This document shows positions 13,701-27,019 of a DNA stretch of 64,000 nt, piece by piece. Position numbers and translations under genes: made by a program. Within the stretch, counting starts at the first letter, position 1; every line of letters starts with the position of its first letter. Under the pieces are notes generated by a model, which was not told the DNA's origin, searched no databases, and saw only the letters and a list, made by a program, of their open reading frames with translations. The stretch lies in the NCBI GenBank assembly GCA_964016885.1, contig OZ024748.1, positions 52,762,001 to 52,826,000 on the forward strand. The letters are read 5' to 3'. This DNA comes from Eledone cirrhosa (lineage: Eukaryota).

Positions 13701-13979
13701 TCAAAATAATTATACATTCTCCTGAACTCTTATAAAATGTGTTCGATGATATTGTTTTTACTGCTGTTGTCGCTGTAGCTGCTGCTGCTACTATTGTTGT
13801 TATTGTTGTGGCTGTTGTCGCTGTAGCTGCTGCTGCTACTATTGTTGTTATTGTTGTGGCTGTTTCTGCTGTTTTTGCAGTTGTTTTTTTTGATTTCTGT
13901 GGGCAATATATATTTTTATTCAAGAGTTAATAATTATGAAGTTTTATTATATAACAAACTAAGGTAAAAAAACAAATTC

Positions 13980-14285
13980 TCCAGCAAGAGAGGCTCTACT
14001 GAACCAATGTATGAGGATATATTGAGCCAACAAGGGAGGTTCTACTGAACCAGTAAGTGAAACTTTATGAATCCAATGAAGTAAGCTTCACTGAGCCAAT
14101 GTAGGAGGCTATATTGAGTCAACAAGAGAGGCTCTACTGATCCACCAAGAAAGCTTTATTGAGCTAACCAAGAAAGCTTCAACTGAGGCAATGTGAAAGC
14201 TTCAACTGAGTCAAAGAGGAAGGCTATACTGAACTAAAACTGAAGACTCCTTTGAGCTAACAAAGGAGTCTCTACTAAGCTTCAA
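13980..14285. repeat. Degenerate ~20-bp tandem repeat (ctctactgaaccaa..gagg)
   Basis: Recurrent actgagccaa/actgaaccaa motifs. Confidence 0.6.
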
Positions 14286-14399
14286 CTATGCTAATGATAA
14301 ATCCTCTAAATAAACATCTGACCTGTTTGAAATGACAGCTAAATCATTTTTAAATCACTCTACTTTCTTTTAATATTAAGAACTCATTAAATAATATCT

Positions 14400-14740
14400 T
14401 AGTCTTTGCCACCAGAGTCCAATATTCCTGACAAAGCTTCTCCACAATTCACAATTTTCCATTGTTCCTGGCAACTACTCCTTACTGAAGCATGTACCAT
14501 TGATTGATGTATGTTCGAGCAGGTCTTCCTCTACTGCGTCTCTCGTGAGTTGGTTCCCACAGTAGAAACTTGTATATTACTTCCTGCTTACTTCTTCAGC
14601 AATGTCCTGTAAATTGAAGCCACCTTTGAGCAATTGTAGCTGTTATCTTGGGCAAGTTTCTTTATAAACTTTCATTTGTAATACATTGACCCCAATTTAT
14701 GTTTTGTACAACCATAAGAATTTTAGCAGATGCATCATCT
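14400..14740 (-). mobile_element. Decayed RTE/RTEX-type LINE C-terminus
   Basis: Minus translation NWGQCITNESL*RNLPKITATIAQRWLQFTGHC*RSKQEVIYKFLLWEPTHERRSRGRPARTYINQ, with stops; typical RTE C-terminal GH...RGRP motif. Confidence 0.8.
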
Positions 14741-15339
14741 TCTCAAGTTATTGTGTCAGGGTCCAGATAAAATAGTGTAGATAAATTAAGAATAGGACAG
14801 TGGCACCTTTACTGACTTTGAACATAGATCTGTTGGTGAAGGGCTGATCTTATGCTAAAGAACTACAACAGCAACATCAACTTTATCCTTGCCAGGTGTA
14901 CCAACATCATTACTACCACCAATAAAGTGGAATACAGTTCTATTGGTTCCAACGATGAGTATCGCCATTGTTTGACCGATGGAACAGCTTGCTCGTGGAG
15001 TGTTTGGTTATTGGAACAGCTGCTTGTAGAGTGTTTGTTTAATGGAACAGCCTGTTCATGAAGTGTTTGGTTAATGGGACAGCCTGCTCATGAATTGTTT
15101 GTTTAATGGAACTGCCTGCTCATAAAATTAGCATTTTGTGGCTGAGTATTCCACACACACAAGTGCACATATATCCTTAATGTAATCTCAGCAACACCAC
15201 TACCACAGCTAACATCACCACTAATCAGCTGAACACCACAACTACCAAAATGATGACCACTGCCACCAATACCACAAACACACCTAACACCACCAACACC
15301 ACAATCACAACTTAGAACAGCAATAACAACAATAACAAT

Positions 15340-15860
15340 GCCGCCAACAACAACACCACAAAAACAACTAACATCACCACCACCACCACAGCCACTACTA
15401 ACATAATTAATAGCAACAACACCACCACCACCACCACCACTAACACCACAAAAACAACTAACATCACCACCACCATCACCACCACCACCACCACCACCAC
15501 CACCACAAACATAACTAATAACAACACCACCACCACCACTACTAACACCACAAAAACAACTAACATCACCACCACCATCACCACCACCACCACCACCACC
15601 ACTACTAACACCACAAAAACAACTAACATCACCACCACCATCACCACCACCACCACCACAAACATAACTAATAACAACACCACCACCACTACTAACACCA
15701 CAAAAACAAATAACATCACCACCACCACCACCACAAACATAACTAATAACAACACCACCACTACCACTACTAACACCACAAAAACAACTAACATCACCAC
15801 CACCATCACCACCACCACTACTACCACTACTAACACACAAAAACAACTAACAACACCACT
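15340..15860. repeat. CA-rich minisatellite (ctaacaccacaaaaacaactaacatcaccacc...)
   Basis: About 6 variable-length units. Confidence 0.85.
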
Positions 15861-16678
15861 GTTACTACAACCAGCACTACATTTTCTGAAATCATTAACA
15901 GTTTCCCCGTCTCCCCCTCCCCCTCTCCTTACATTCCCTTACATCCGATTCAAACTAATTCTAAAGATTCTTCATTTTAATTAAAATTACAATATGAGAC
16001 AATCAATATCCCTCCCATTTTTTCTAACCCCCCGCCCCCACCCCCACTCTCCCCACACACCCACTCTCTCTATCATATATCCACCCACCCACCCCCACCT
16101 CCAATACCACCACAACACTGTCCTTTAATTTGGAACCAGCCCAGAACTGAACTCTCTAGAAAACAAGATACTTTTTCCTAGTTTTACATTTTTTTCTTTT
16201 TGATGATAATTTCTTTTGGTTTTTGGTCTTGGCTGAGGAGGGTATGTGTATGTGTATGTGTATGTGTGTGTATGTCTTAGAATGTATATGTATGTATATA
16301 TATATATATATCTGAGTGTGTGTGTGTATGTCTTAGAATGTATATGTATGTATATATATATATATCTGAGTGTGTATGTGTGTGTATGTCTTAGAATGTA
16401 TATGTATGTATATATATATATATATATATATGAGTGTGTGTGTGTGTATGTCTTAGAATGTATATGTATGTATATATATATATATATATCTGAGTGTGTG
16501 TGTATGTCTTAGTATGAATATGTATATATATATATATATATGAGTGTTTGTGTATATATCTTAGTATATACATATATATATATACACACACACATACACA
16601 GATATTATCATCATCATTTTCATTTCATTTCATTTTATGTCCGCTTTTTCCCTGCTTGCAAGGGTGGGACAGGAACTG

Positions 16679-16718
<40 letters not shown>

Positions 16719-16771
16719 CTGTGTTCTTATATGTGTGTGTGTGCTTGTGTGTTAGTATATATCTCTATATA

Positions 16772-16803
<32 letters not shown>

Positions 16804-17214
16804 AGGTGGGTGGATGGGTGGGGTTGACTTGTTTCATACATTAGTTTATATGTTTAGTGTTCTTTAATTCATCTCAATTCTGTATAGTATTTTTTGTAGT
16901 GTGTGTGTATGTCTTTATTCGTGTGTGTATGTTTGTATGTGTGGGCTTACATCTGTGTGTATGTGCATGTATTTCTCTGTGTGTATGTGTGTGTGTGTGT
17001 GTGTTATTTTTCAAGAAACGAAAAATCACGGCTAATATTTTCAAAAATCAATAGACACCATCACCACCACCACCACCATCACCACCACCATCACCACCAT
17101 CATCACCATCACCATCATCATTATCAACATAGTCACCACCATTGTGATTCCAACCACCATCATCACCATCACTATTATCACCATACCATGATCATCATCG
17201 TTATCATCGCCATG

Positions 17215-17865
17215 TTCAAATCCCACCGAGGTTTACTTTGCCTTTCATCCTTACGGGGTCGATAAAATAAAGTACCAGTAATGCACTGGGATTTTGCTGG
17301 CCTTGTGCCTAAAGTAGAAACAGTTATCATCACCATTACCACCATGATCAACACTGCTACTAATATCATTGCTCAATTACTACAAACATCATTAACAACA
17401 TCAGCACTTCTACCACCACTACCACCACTACCACCACTACCACCACCATCCCTACTATGGTTACTAAATCAATTATCATCACCACCGCTAACAGCAACAC
17501 TACTGCAACTACAACTAATAATAATTGTTTCTAGTTTTGGCACAACGCCAGCAATTACCCCCTGTTGCTTTGTTTTATTGACCTCTTAAGGATGAAAAGC
17601 AAAGCAAAGCTAACCTCAGCGGGATTTTCAATTAGAACGTAAAGGGCCGCAACTCTATGCCTCAACGCAAGTTGTCCAATGCTCTACTGAGACTGCCAAA
17701 CCACTGCTCTGTATGATGATAATAATAATTGTTTCTACTTTGGGCACAAGGCCAGCAATTTGAAGGGTAGGAGAAAGTCAATTAAATCATCTGAGTGTAT
17801 TACTGGTACTTTATTTTATCGACCCTGTACAGATGAAAAACAAAGCTAACTTTAGTGGGATTTGG
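17215..17865. mobile_element. Cluster of SINE family A fragments (+ at 17215-17325; - at 17522-17710 and 17727-17865)
   Basis: Family A body motifs in both orientations. Confidence 0.8.
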
Positions 17866-19199
17866 CACAGATGCTGTGCCATTACAGTGGCAACATATGT
17901 AGTACTGACCCCCACAAACATCTTGCTTAGCAATAATTCCATGTTTAACCAATAAATTAATTTTTAAGGTAATTTATATGCTGTCATCCCCCCTCCTCCT
18001 CATCTTCCTCCTTCTATTCCTCATCCTCATTTAACATCCGTTGTCATTGTGTTGGGCATAAATAATTATTATTTAGTTGATTATACATTGCTAAATGAAA
18101 GCATGCTATACTGATTAGACTGGCTGTTTGAGTTAAATATCAGTTTGTGTTTGATATGATTAGTTCTTCCCAGTACATGTCTTCTGATAAACAGCCAACA
18201 AACTGTGACACATGTAAATGCAGGCACTTATGTTTTCTTTTTTTGTTTACAAATATAATATCAAATATGTGTTTTTATGTATTCCTATTTGACAATTTAA
18301 AATTGTTGTTATATTTACATAAAATTTATCTTAAATTTGTTCATATATGCCATGTTGTACATAAATATTTATTAATATTCTTTTTAAGTACCAAAATTAT
18401 TGTTTTGTCTCCAATTATACAAACATCAAAATAGTAAATCATTTCTTTAATCTAATTGACATGAGGCTTATACTCATGACAAGCTAATGAAACCTTTTTG
18501 AATTTAATTTACAATACTCCTACTGTTTATATCTAGAAGTTGCACCACCTTGTCGACAACTTGTTTAAATTTACAATGCTCCTGCTGTTTATAGCTATGA
18601 ATTAATTATTTCAGCTTGTCTGCTCCTAGTTTATTACCTATCCACCACTAGGTGGCTCGGATCATAAAACTGATAAGTATGTATGTTGGCTAGCCATGGA
18701 CACTGTTTAGTAATTGAAACAAAACTCTGAACTCCTGACCCTATTGCTCTTACTCACATGACCTAATTAGCTGCAATTCTTCAAACAGAAATTTACAGAA
18801 TGGTAAAATGAAAAGAAAAATAGAAAAATTACAAAGTATGAGGAAAAGAAAATACAGAATTTTAAAAGATGAAACGAAAATGTGAAATGTTACTTAAATT
18901 AAGAATACAAAAGAAAATAAATGAACAATCAAGAAATATAAAAAAGAAAGAAATTAAAATAGAGCAACAACAATCACAACTACATCAGAAATAGTAATAG
19001 GAACACTAAAACAATTAAAGAAAATGGAATACCAAAAAAAAAAAGAAGAAAAATGACAGAATGAAAGAAAATGCAGGAAAAATGTAAAAACAAAATCTAG
19101 AATATTATATGAGTGTGTGTGTTTGAGTGTATATATGTGTGTATATATATATATGTGTGTATATCTATGTGTGTGTATATATATATATACACATTTTTC

Positions 19200-19231
<32 letters not shown>

Positions 19232-19506
19232 TACATATATACATATATATACATATATACATACATAGATAAATAAATATATATATATACATATATAGAT
19301 ATAGATACGTACATACATATATATATATATATACATATATACATACATACATACATACATATATACATATACATATGTATATACGTATACATACATATAT
19401 ACGTATATACATATACATATGTATATACATATATACATATACATATGTATATACATATACATACATATATACGTATATACATATGTATATACATATACAT
19501 ACATAT

Positions 19507-19568
<62 letters not shown>

Positions 19569-19921
19569 TGTATAGGAGTAATGGGAAATTTTTGTTGGCA
19601 ATATAATTAAATTTCTTCAATTTCATATTTTTGGCACATTTTCACATGATTTACCCATAATCTGAAATCTTAAACAAATTAGAAGTTGAACAAATATTTT
19701 AATCTATATGAGATCTTTGCCTTATAGATTTTAGCATTAAAACATTACCCTGTTTCGAGTGACAACTTTAACTGTCAGAAAATATTCTACTGTTGGTCTG
19801 TTGGGTTTTTTTATCTCTTAGACTCTCACATATTTTTTTTTTAGTTTATCTTTTGTTTCCTTTTGTTCTTTGGTTTTGCTTTTAGGTTTCTGCTTCTACT
19901 CTACTTCAATTAAAATTAACC

Positions 19922-19970
<49 letters not shown>

Positions 19971-19992
19971 TATACATATATATATATAATAT

Positions 19993-20032
<40 letters not shown>

Positions 20033-20169
20033 TAAATAGATATATATTATATATATTTTTTCAAGAATTTGGTTGTTTATTCTCCTACTATATGTGTATA
20101 TATATATATATATATATAAACACACAAAGAAGTGTCTTTTGAATTATATATATATATATATATAGTAAT

Positions 20170-20295
20170 AATAATAAATTTGAAGACTAAAATCCAAAGA
20201 GGGCTCGATAAGGATAAATATATATAAAATATATAAGAACCGCAGAGCAAATATTTATTAAAATAACAGATTAAAGTTTAATCAAAGAATCGCTA
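20170..20295. repeat. Dispersed repeat (Penelope-like terminal fragment family), also at 22025-22236, 23071-23146 and 46867-46960
   Basis: Shared gaagactaaaatcc.aagag.gctcgataagg and aaatatttattaaaataacagattaaagttt. Confidence 0.7.
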
Positions 20296-20433
20296 TATAT
20301 ATATATATATATATAAATATATATATAACTATATAAATATATATATAAATATATATATAAATATATATATATATAAATATATATAAATATATATATATAT
20401 ATATAAATATATAAATATATATATATATATATA

Positions 20434-20503
<70 letters not shown>

Positions 20504-20636
20504 TATATATATATAAATATAAATATATATATAAATATAAATATAAATATAAATATATATATAAATATATATATAAATATATATATAAATATATATATAA
20601 ATATATATATAAATATATATATAAATATATATATAA

Positions 20637-20671
<35 letters not shown>

Positions 20672-21172
20672 AATATATATATAAATATATATATAACTAT
20701 ATATATATAGTTCTTGATGCGATCCTTTTTAACACCTTGTTTTAAGACACAATGCTTTTCGGTGTCATGATTAAGTGGGTGATATAAATAATGCTAGTGC
20801 CAGGTTTAGAATATATAAAGTAGATTTACTACTATACACACAAACACACCAAACATATGCCTGCATTTCTTATTTAATAGTAGAAAGATACTTTCCTGGA
20901 AAACTGAGAGCTAGTAATCCAATTTGTGATTACTGTTTACTAATGCTATTAAGAAAGGCATGAACATTTCTACTTTCCATTTTCCTTTTTTCACAAATTC
21001 TAACTCATAATTCTTATTTGATAATTCATAAACACAGAAAGTGTTATTTTCAAGCAATAAAGAATTATTTTTCAAGGTTATGTACAGTGTCTGTAGAATT
21101 GACGATTGTGTATGTATTGTATGTAGTATATAAATGATTAAATGGAAAGTATTATGACAATATATATATATT

Positions 21173-21465
21173 ATCCTTACGGGGTCGATAAAATAAAGTA
21201 CCAGTAATGCACTGGGTAATTGCTGGCCTTATGCCTAAAGTAGAAACAATTATGACAATATATATAGAAAGGACGGGGGATTGGCAGTATCGGTGGAGAA
21301 TCGGACGCCATGCTTTGCAGCATAGAGTTGCAGTCCTTTATCATCTGAGTTCAAATCCCGCCAAGGTTAACTTTGCCTTTCATCCTTTTCAGCGTCGATA
21401 AAATAAAGTACCAGTAATGCACTGGGTAATTGCTGGCCTTGTGCCAAAAGTAGAAACAATTATGA
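21173..21465 (+). mobile_element. SINE family A tandem: 3' fragment followed by full copy
   Basis: Two copies of gtcgataaaataaagtaccagtaatgcactgggtaattgctggcc; the second has the tRNA-like head. Confidence 0.88.
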
Positions 21466-21991
21466 CAATATATATAATATATATCCACCTTTTCAACCTC
21501 CTCATCATCATCACCATTTAACATCTATTTTCCATTAAACCTGGTCATATCCAGGCTGAATTCTCTCACCTCTTTCAGTTCAAACTGCTGTAACTGACCA
21601 CTCATACTGATGTTAAGGTATTGTTCTCAACATAAATAATATTAAAATCTCGTAGATTCGATATTATGTGAGATAGTTATCTGAGGTAAAGTATTTACCA
21701 TGAAAATACAATGGAATAACATAAATGCTAAAGAGTTAATATACAGAATGGTGTGATTATGCACGGCGATGCTATAAAATAGCTTATAAAATATGGGGAA
21801 GACCCTTAAAAATGGGAAAAGATGTTGCCATTGGCTGCTGCTTGCATAGATTAGATGGCTTGTCACATTATGGCACTAAAAAGGTCAGGTGACAATGTCT
21901 CGCAAATAGTTTTCCTAAAAGATACAATCTGAAAGTTTGCTACCAGGAATGACCAGATCTATCCATTAGTTAAGCCATCCAACATATGGTG

Positions 21992-22022
<31 letters not shown>

Positions 22023-22259
22023 TAATAATAATAAATGTGAAGACTAAAATCCGAAGAGGGCTCGATAAGGTTATCATCATCATCATCATTTTACGTCCGC
22101 TTTTCCCTGCTTAAGTTTATAAAAACCATAGAGCAAATATTTATTAAAATAACAGATTAAAGTTTAAGCAAAGAATTGCTGCTGGTGAAAGCAGCAATTC
22201 TTTGCTTAAACTTTAATCTGTTATTTTAATAAATATATGTATATATATATATAGAGAGA

Positions 22260-23070
22260 AAAATCCAGCGTCCACATACTTCCTTCACAAAACTGATATC
22301 AAGAAGTCCTCTTGTGAACATGACCTGGGCATTACTGTCAGCAGTGATTTGCGTTGGACAAAGCATGTCTCTAAGATTGTCAAGAAGGCCGAGGGTGTCT
22401 TGGCATCACTCAGCAAGGCCTTTGTTAGCCGCTCTCTAGCTATCTATTTAAAGCGGTATACAGCTATGGTACGACCACACTTGGAATTCGCATCATCAGT
22501 CTGGAACCCCTATCTTGCTCAGAACATTGACCTCCTGGAAACTGTTCAGAGACGTGCAACCAAGCGCATACCCTCCATCAGACACCTACCATACTCTGAA
22601 CGCCTTGCTTCCCTGGGCATAGATTCATTGAAGCTTCGACGTCTGGCAATGGACTTGGTAAACACCCACAAAGTTATTAACCATCTCGCCAACAACAACC
22701 CTGAGCACCTTTTTGATCTCCATGTGTCTAACACACGTGGACATGCCTACAAAATCAGAAAACAGCACAGCTCACATGACTTTCGGAAACATTTTTTCAC
22801 GCTCAGAGTTGCTGAAGCATGGAACAAACTGCCTGCGTCAGTTGTTAGCTGCCGAGACACTGCATCTTTTAAAACCCTCATGCTTCCCGAAATACGCCCA
22901 AACTACATCCGATGTACCCCTTCCATACACATGCAAACATGTGTATATCATGACTCATGCACTGTTCATTTTCCTGACGTTTGTACATTACCCTATGTAC
23001 TATACATACACTTTTTGATGAGTTGTTGTGCACCTGAGCACTGTACACAATATTTCATTATTATTATTAT
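22260..23070 (+). mobile_element. 5'-truncated CR1-clade LINE (ORF2 C-terminus, 3' UTR, (ATT)n tail)
   Basis: HDLGITVSSDLRW...YTAMVRPHLEFASSVWNPY...LETVQRRATKRI...PYSERL..L...LKLRRL...TRGH...FFTLRVAEAWNKLP, diagnostic of CR1. Confidence 0.92.
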
Positions 23071-23330
23071 AATTGCTGCTGGTGAAAGCAGCGATCCTTT
23101 GCTTAAACTTTAATCTGTTATTTTAATAAATATATGTATATATATACTTGGTTGTTACTGATCTGTTCAGCTCGCTTGACTGCTTGTATATCATAAGAAT
23201 CCTGCATCTCTTATGCCTTTTGTTTGATGGGAACATGTTTTGGATTATGTTATACATAAGACTTCCATCTTCGAAATATGTATAATAAAAATAAATAGAG
23301 ATGATCTAAAGTAACTATCTTTCGTTTATT

Positions 23331-23521
23331 AGGGCGGTGGATTGGCAGTATCGGTAGAGGGTCGGACGCCATGCTTTCCAGCATAGTTACGGCCCTTTAT
23401 GGTCTGAGTTCAAATTCCGCCGAGGTTAACTTTGCCTTTCATCCTTACGGGGTCGATAAAATAAAGTACCAGTAATACACTGCGATAATTGCTGGCCTTG
23501 TGCCTAAAGTAGAAACAATTA
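23331..23521 (+). mobile_element. SINE family A, full length (tRNA-derived head; central domain resembling the Meta-type SINE domain)
   Basis: ggcggtggattggcagtatcggtagag A box, gagttcaaattcc B box, gcctttcatccttacggggtcgataaa body. Confidence 0.9.
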
Positions 23522-23908
23522 TATATATATATATATATATGTAGATAAATCTACCAAGAGTTTACGGTAGTGTCCAATCCGTATGAAGAACTCAATGTAA
23601 TCCGGATATCATGGAAAGAAGAGATGCAATGAAAAATCACTTTCGGTGAAAGATAAACGGAATACAGAGTCAAGATAAAATATTTAAAAAATAATGAATA
23701 AAACAATGAAACAGTTCCTTATATTAAACAAAAAAAGTTCATTATTTAACGATCATTTCTAGGATATATATGTGTTAGAATTGGCATGCATATTCAACAG
23801 ATCTATGTACAAAATTATACAAAATTATACAAACTATCAAAATTAAATATACATACCAAACACATATATATGCCGTCTTCAGAAATAATATTGTGGCACA
23901 ATAATAAT

Positions 23909-24255
23909 GGAGGCACATGGCTTAGTGGTTAGAGCATTGGCCTTGCAATCGAAAGGTTGTGAGTTCAATTCTCAGACCGGGTGATGTGTTGTTTCCTTGA
24001 GCAAGACACTTTATTTCACATTGCTCCAGTTTACTCAGCTGTAGAAATGAGATGATAGGGACTGGGGTCCATATCATTCCACTGCAAAGTGGTCGTGGAG
24101 GTGCCACGGCAAAAAAGCACCCAGCACTCACTGTAAATGAGGTTGGTGTTAGGAAGGGCATCCAGCTGTAGAAATCAAGCCAGCATCAGTTCCCGTCCCA
24201 CCCTTGCAAGCAGGGAAAAAGCGGACGTAAAATGAAATGATGATGAAATGATGAT
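23909..24255 (+). mobile_element. SINE family B, full length (tRNA head, CORE-like domain, RTE-derived tail)
   Basis: tggcttagtgg A box, gagttcaattc B box, ccttgagcaagacacttta CORE-like motif, ggttggtgttaggaagggcatccagc tail, (ATG)n end. Confidence 0.9.
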
Positions 24256-24737
24256 ATAAATGAAAGGTATAGAAATTATTGTAGCAAGAAGCCATCAGTA
24301 TTCCATAATATATATATATATTTATATATATATATATATAAAAAGAGAGGGGGGGGGGATAAGCATGTAGTTGTTAGCAACTCTGAGAATGTGTATGTAA
24401 CTGCATGTGTTTCTGACTATTAGTATTTATGTGCATCTGTATGTTGTGTATGCTTGTGTGTGTGAGTTTACATATGTCTCCATATTTTCATGTCTCCACA
24501 CCTTTGTGACAATATATATGAATGACCTGTGTATGTAAGTGTAGCCATATATATGTCAGAGTGGATGTATGCGTACACATGTATGTCAATATGTATGTCT
24601 GTGTGTGTGTGCGTGTGTGTGTATGTGTTTGTATATATGTGTATGTATTTGTAGCCATATATATATGTGTGTGAGAGTGTATGTGTGTGTACACATGTAT
24701 ATCAATATGTGCATATATGTTTGCCTGTGTATGTGTG

Positions 24738-24776
<39 letters not shown>

Positions 24777-24997
24777 TTGTATATATGTGTATGTATTTGT
24801 AACCATATATATGTGAGAGTGTATGTCAATGTGCATATATGTCTGTGCGTGTGTGTGTGTGCACGTGGGTGTGTGTGCATGCGCATATATATATATGTTT
24901 GTGTATATTTGTATGTAATTGTAGCCATATATAAGTGAGAGTGTATGTGTGTGTGTGTAGACATGTACGTCAATGTGCATATGTGTGTGTGTGTGTG

Positions 24998-25041
<44 letters not shown>

Positions 25042-25420
25042 TTTGTATATATCTGTATGTAATTGTAGCCATATATATATGTGAGCGTGTATGTGTGTAT
25101 GTATACACATGTATGTCGATGTGTGTGCATATGTCTGTGTGTATGTGTGTGTGAGTGTGTTTACATGTATATGTATGTGTTATGAAGTCATCTCAATAAA
25201 CCGTGTGTCCTTGCTGTAGAGATACACTGAAGGTGAAGTAATTATTTCATATATCTGAAAGATATTAAATACCTGAGTCACACCTGTGAACCTAACAAAC
25301 ATGTTGATGTGTTTATTATTATAAGATAGACAGAACTGCAAGATTGATGACACAACTATAGCGCCATCTACATTATTATTATCATCACCATTATTATCAT
25401 CATCATCATTATCATCCACC

Positions 25421-25612
25421 AGGGCGGTGGATTGGCAGTATAGGTAGAGGGTCGGACGCCGTGCTTTCCAGCATAGTTACGTCCCTTAACGATCTGAGTT
25501 CAAATCCCGCCGAGGTTGACTTTGCCTTTCATCCTTACGGGGGTCGATAAAATAAAGTACCAGTAATGCACTGGGGTAATTGCTGGCCTTGTGCCTAAAG
25601 AAGAAACAATTA
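25421..25612 (+). mobile_element. SINE family A, full length
   Basis: Highly similar to the 23331 copy. Confidence 0.9.
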
Positions 25613-25944
25613 TTATCATCATCACTATCATCAGTACTCTCATGAACATCATGAACATCATCACTGTCATTATCATCACCATCATCATTATTGTCATCAC
25701 CATTGTCATCTTCATCATCATTATCACCATCATCATCATTATCACCATCATCATCATTATCACCATCATCATCAGTATCATCATCATCATCATTATCACC
25801 ATCATCATTGTCATTATCACTATCATTATCATCACCGATGTCATCGTCATCATCATTATCTTCATTATCGACAGTACCATTACCATTACCATCATCATCA
25901 TCATCATCATCATCACTATCACAGTTTCTAGTTCGGTTGGCCGC

Positions 25945-25975
<31 letters not shown>

Positions 25976-26060
25976 CGGTAAACAAAAAACAGACAAATGC
26001 ACCAGTAAATGTTATAAATACTATTAGTTTCATGCTTAGTGAGAGTGGGGGCGGGGGTTG

Positions 26061-26090
26061 CGACGTTTCGGGCATAAGCCCTTCATCAGG
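26061..26090 (-). ncRNA. Minimal hammerhead motif of Penelope-like type
   Basis: Minus strand: c-CTGATGA-a-gggc ttat gccc-GAAA-cg-TC; helix I poorly paired. Confidence 0.6.
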
Positions 26091-26123
26091 AGAGTGGTGG
26101 GAGGAACTCCTAGAAGGAGTGAG

Positions 26124-26184
<61 letters not shown>

Positions 26185-26362
26185 TATATGTATATATACA
26201 TTAATTAGATATAAATGAGGAAGTTTGGTTTACATGTATACACAATAAATATCTTATACATGTACACAAAACTTCCTCATTTTTTTCTAATATATACACT
26301 CTACCTGCGCATAGAGTGCTTGCTTTGGTACGAACACCAGTAATTTACTGAATCACCTACAC

Positions 26363-26395
<33 letters not shown>

Positions 26396-26724
26396 AGATG
26401 CATCCATGTACATGTGTGCAAGTGTGTGTGTGTGTGTATGTGTGTATACTTGCATGCATGAATGTGTGTGTGTGTATATATGTGTATGTGGAGCCAGAGA
26501 GGATAGACTGTCAGAGAGATAAATTGTGATAGATGTATAATATGAGCAAATTATGAACAAAATAAATTATAAAAATAAATAAATAGAAATAAAACTCCAG
26601 CATATTTTCCTGTTTAATTAAATAAACTGCTTTTGAATTTCTATATTTGTTTGAAAATTCATAGATTAAAAAAAAAATTAAATTCGAAAACAACAACAAC
26701 AACAATAAAAATAATAATAATAAT

Positions 26725-26910
26725 AATTGTTTCTACTTTAGGCACAAGGCCAGCAATTACCCAGTGCATTACTGGTACTTTATTTTATTGACCCCGTAAG
26801 GATGAAAGGCAAAGTCAACCTCGGCAGGATTTGAACTCAGATTGTAAAGGGACGTAACTATGCTGGAAAGCATGGCGTCCGACCCTCTACTGATACTGCC
26901 AATCCACCAA
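26725..26910 (-). mobile_element. SINE family A, full length
   Basis: Reverse complement of the 25421 copy. Confidence 0.9.
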
Positions 26911-27019
26911 TAATAATAATAATAATAATAATGATTTCATTTATTCGCCACAAGGGCCAGGGTGAAACACCATATTGACAAGGAGAAGGCTAGCTCAATG
27001 TGGAGAGAGAGAGAGAGAG

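Noticed and set aside
19740-19785. Hammerhead-like ctgacag...tgtcactcGAAAcagggTA on the minus strand
   Set aside because: Core is not CUGANGA and helix I does not pair; at best a deleted relic.
23865-23890. CTGAAGAcggcatatat on the minus strand
   Set aside because: No downstream GAAA or helix III; truncated or chance.
23909-23980. tRNA gene
   Set aside because: tRNA-like A and B boxes continue into a SINE body, and the acceptor stem is incomplete.
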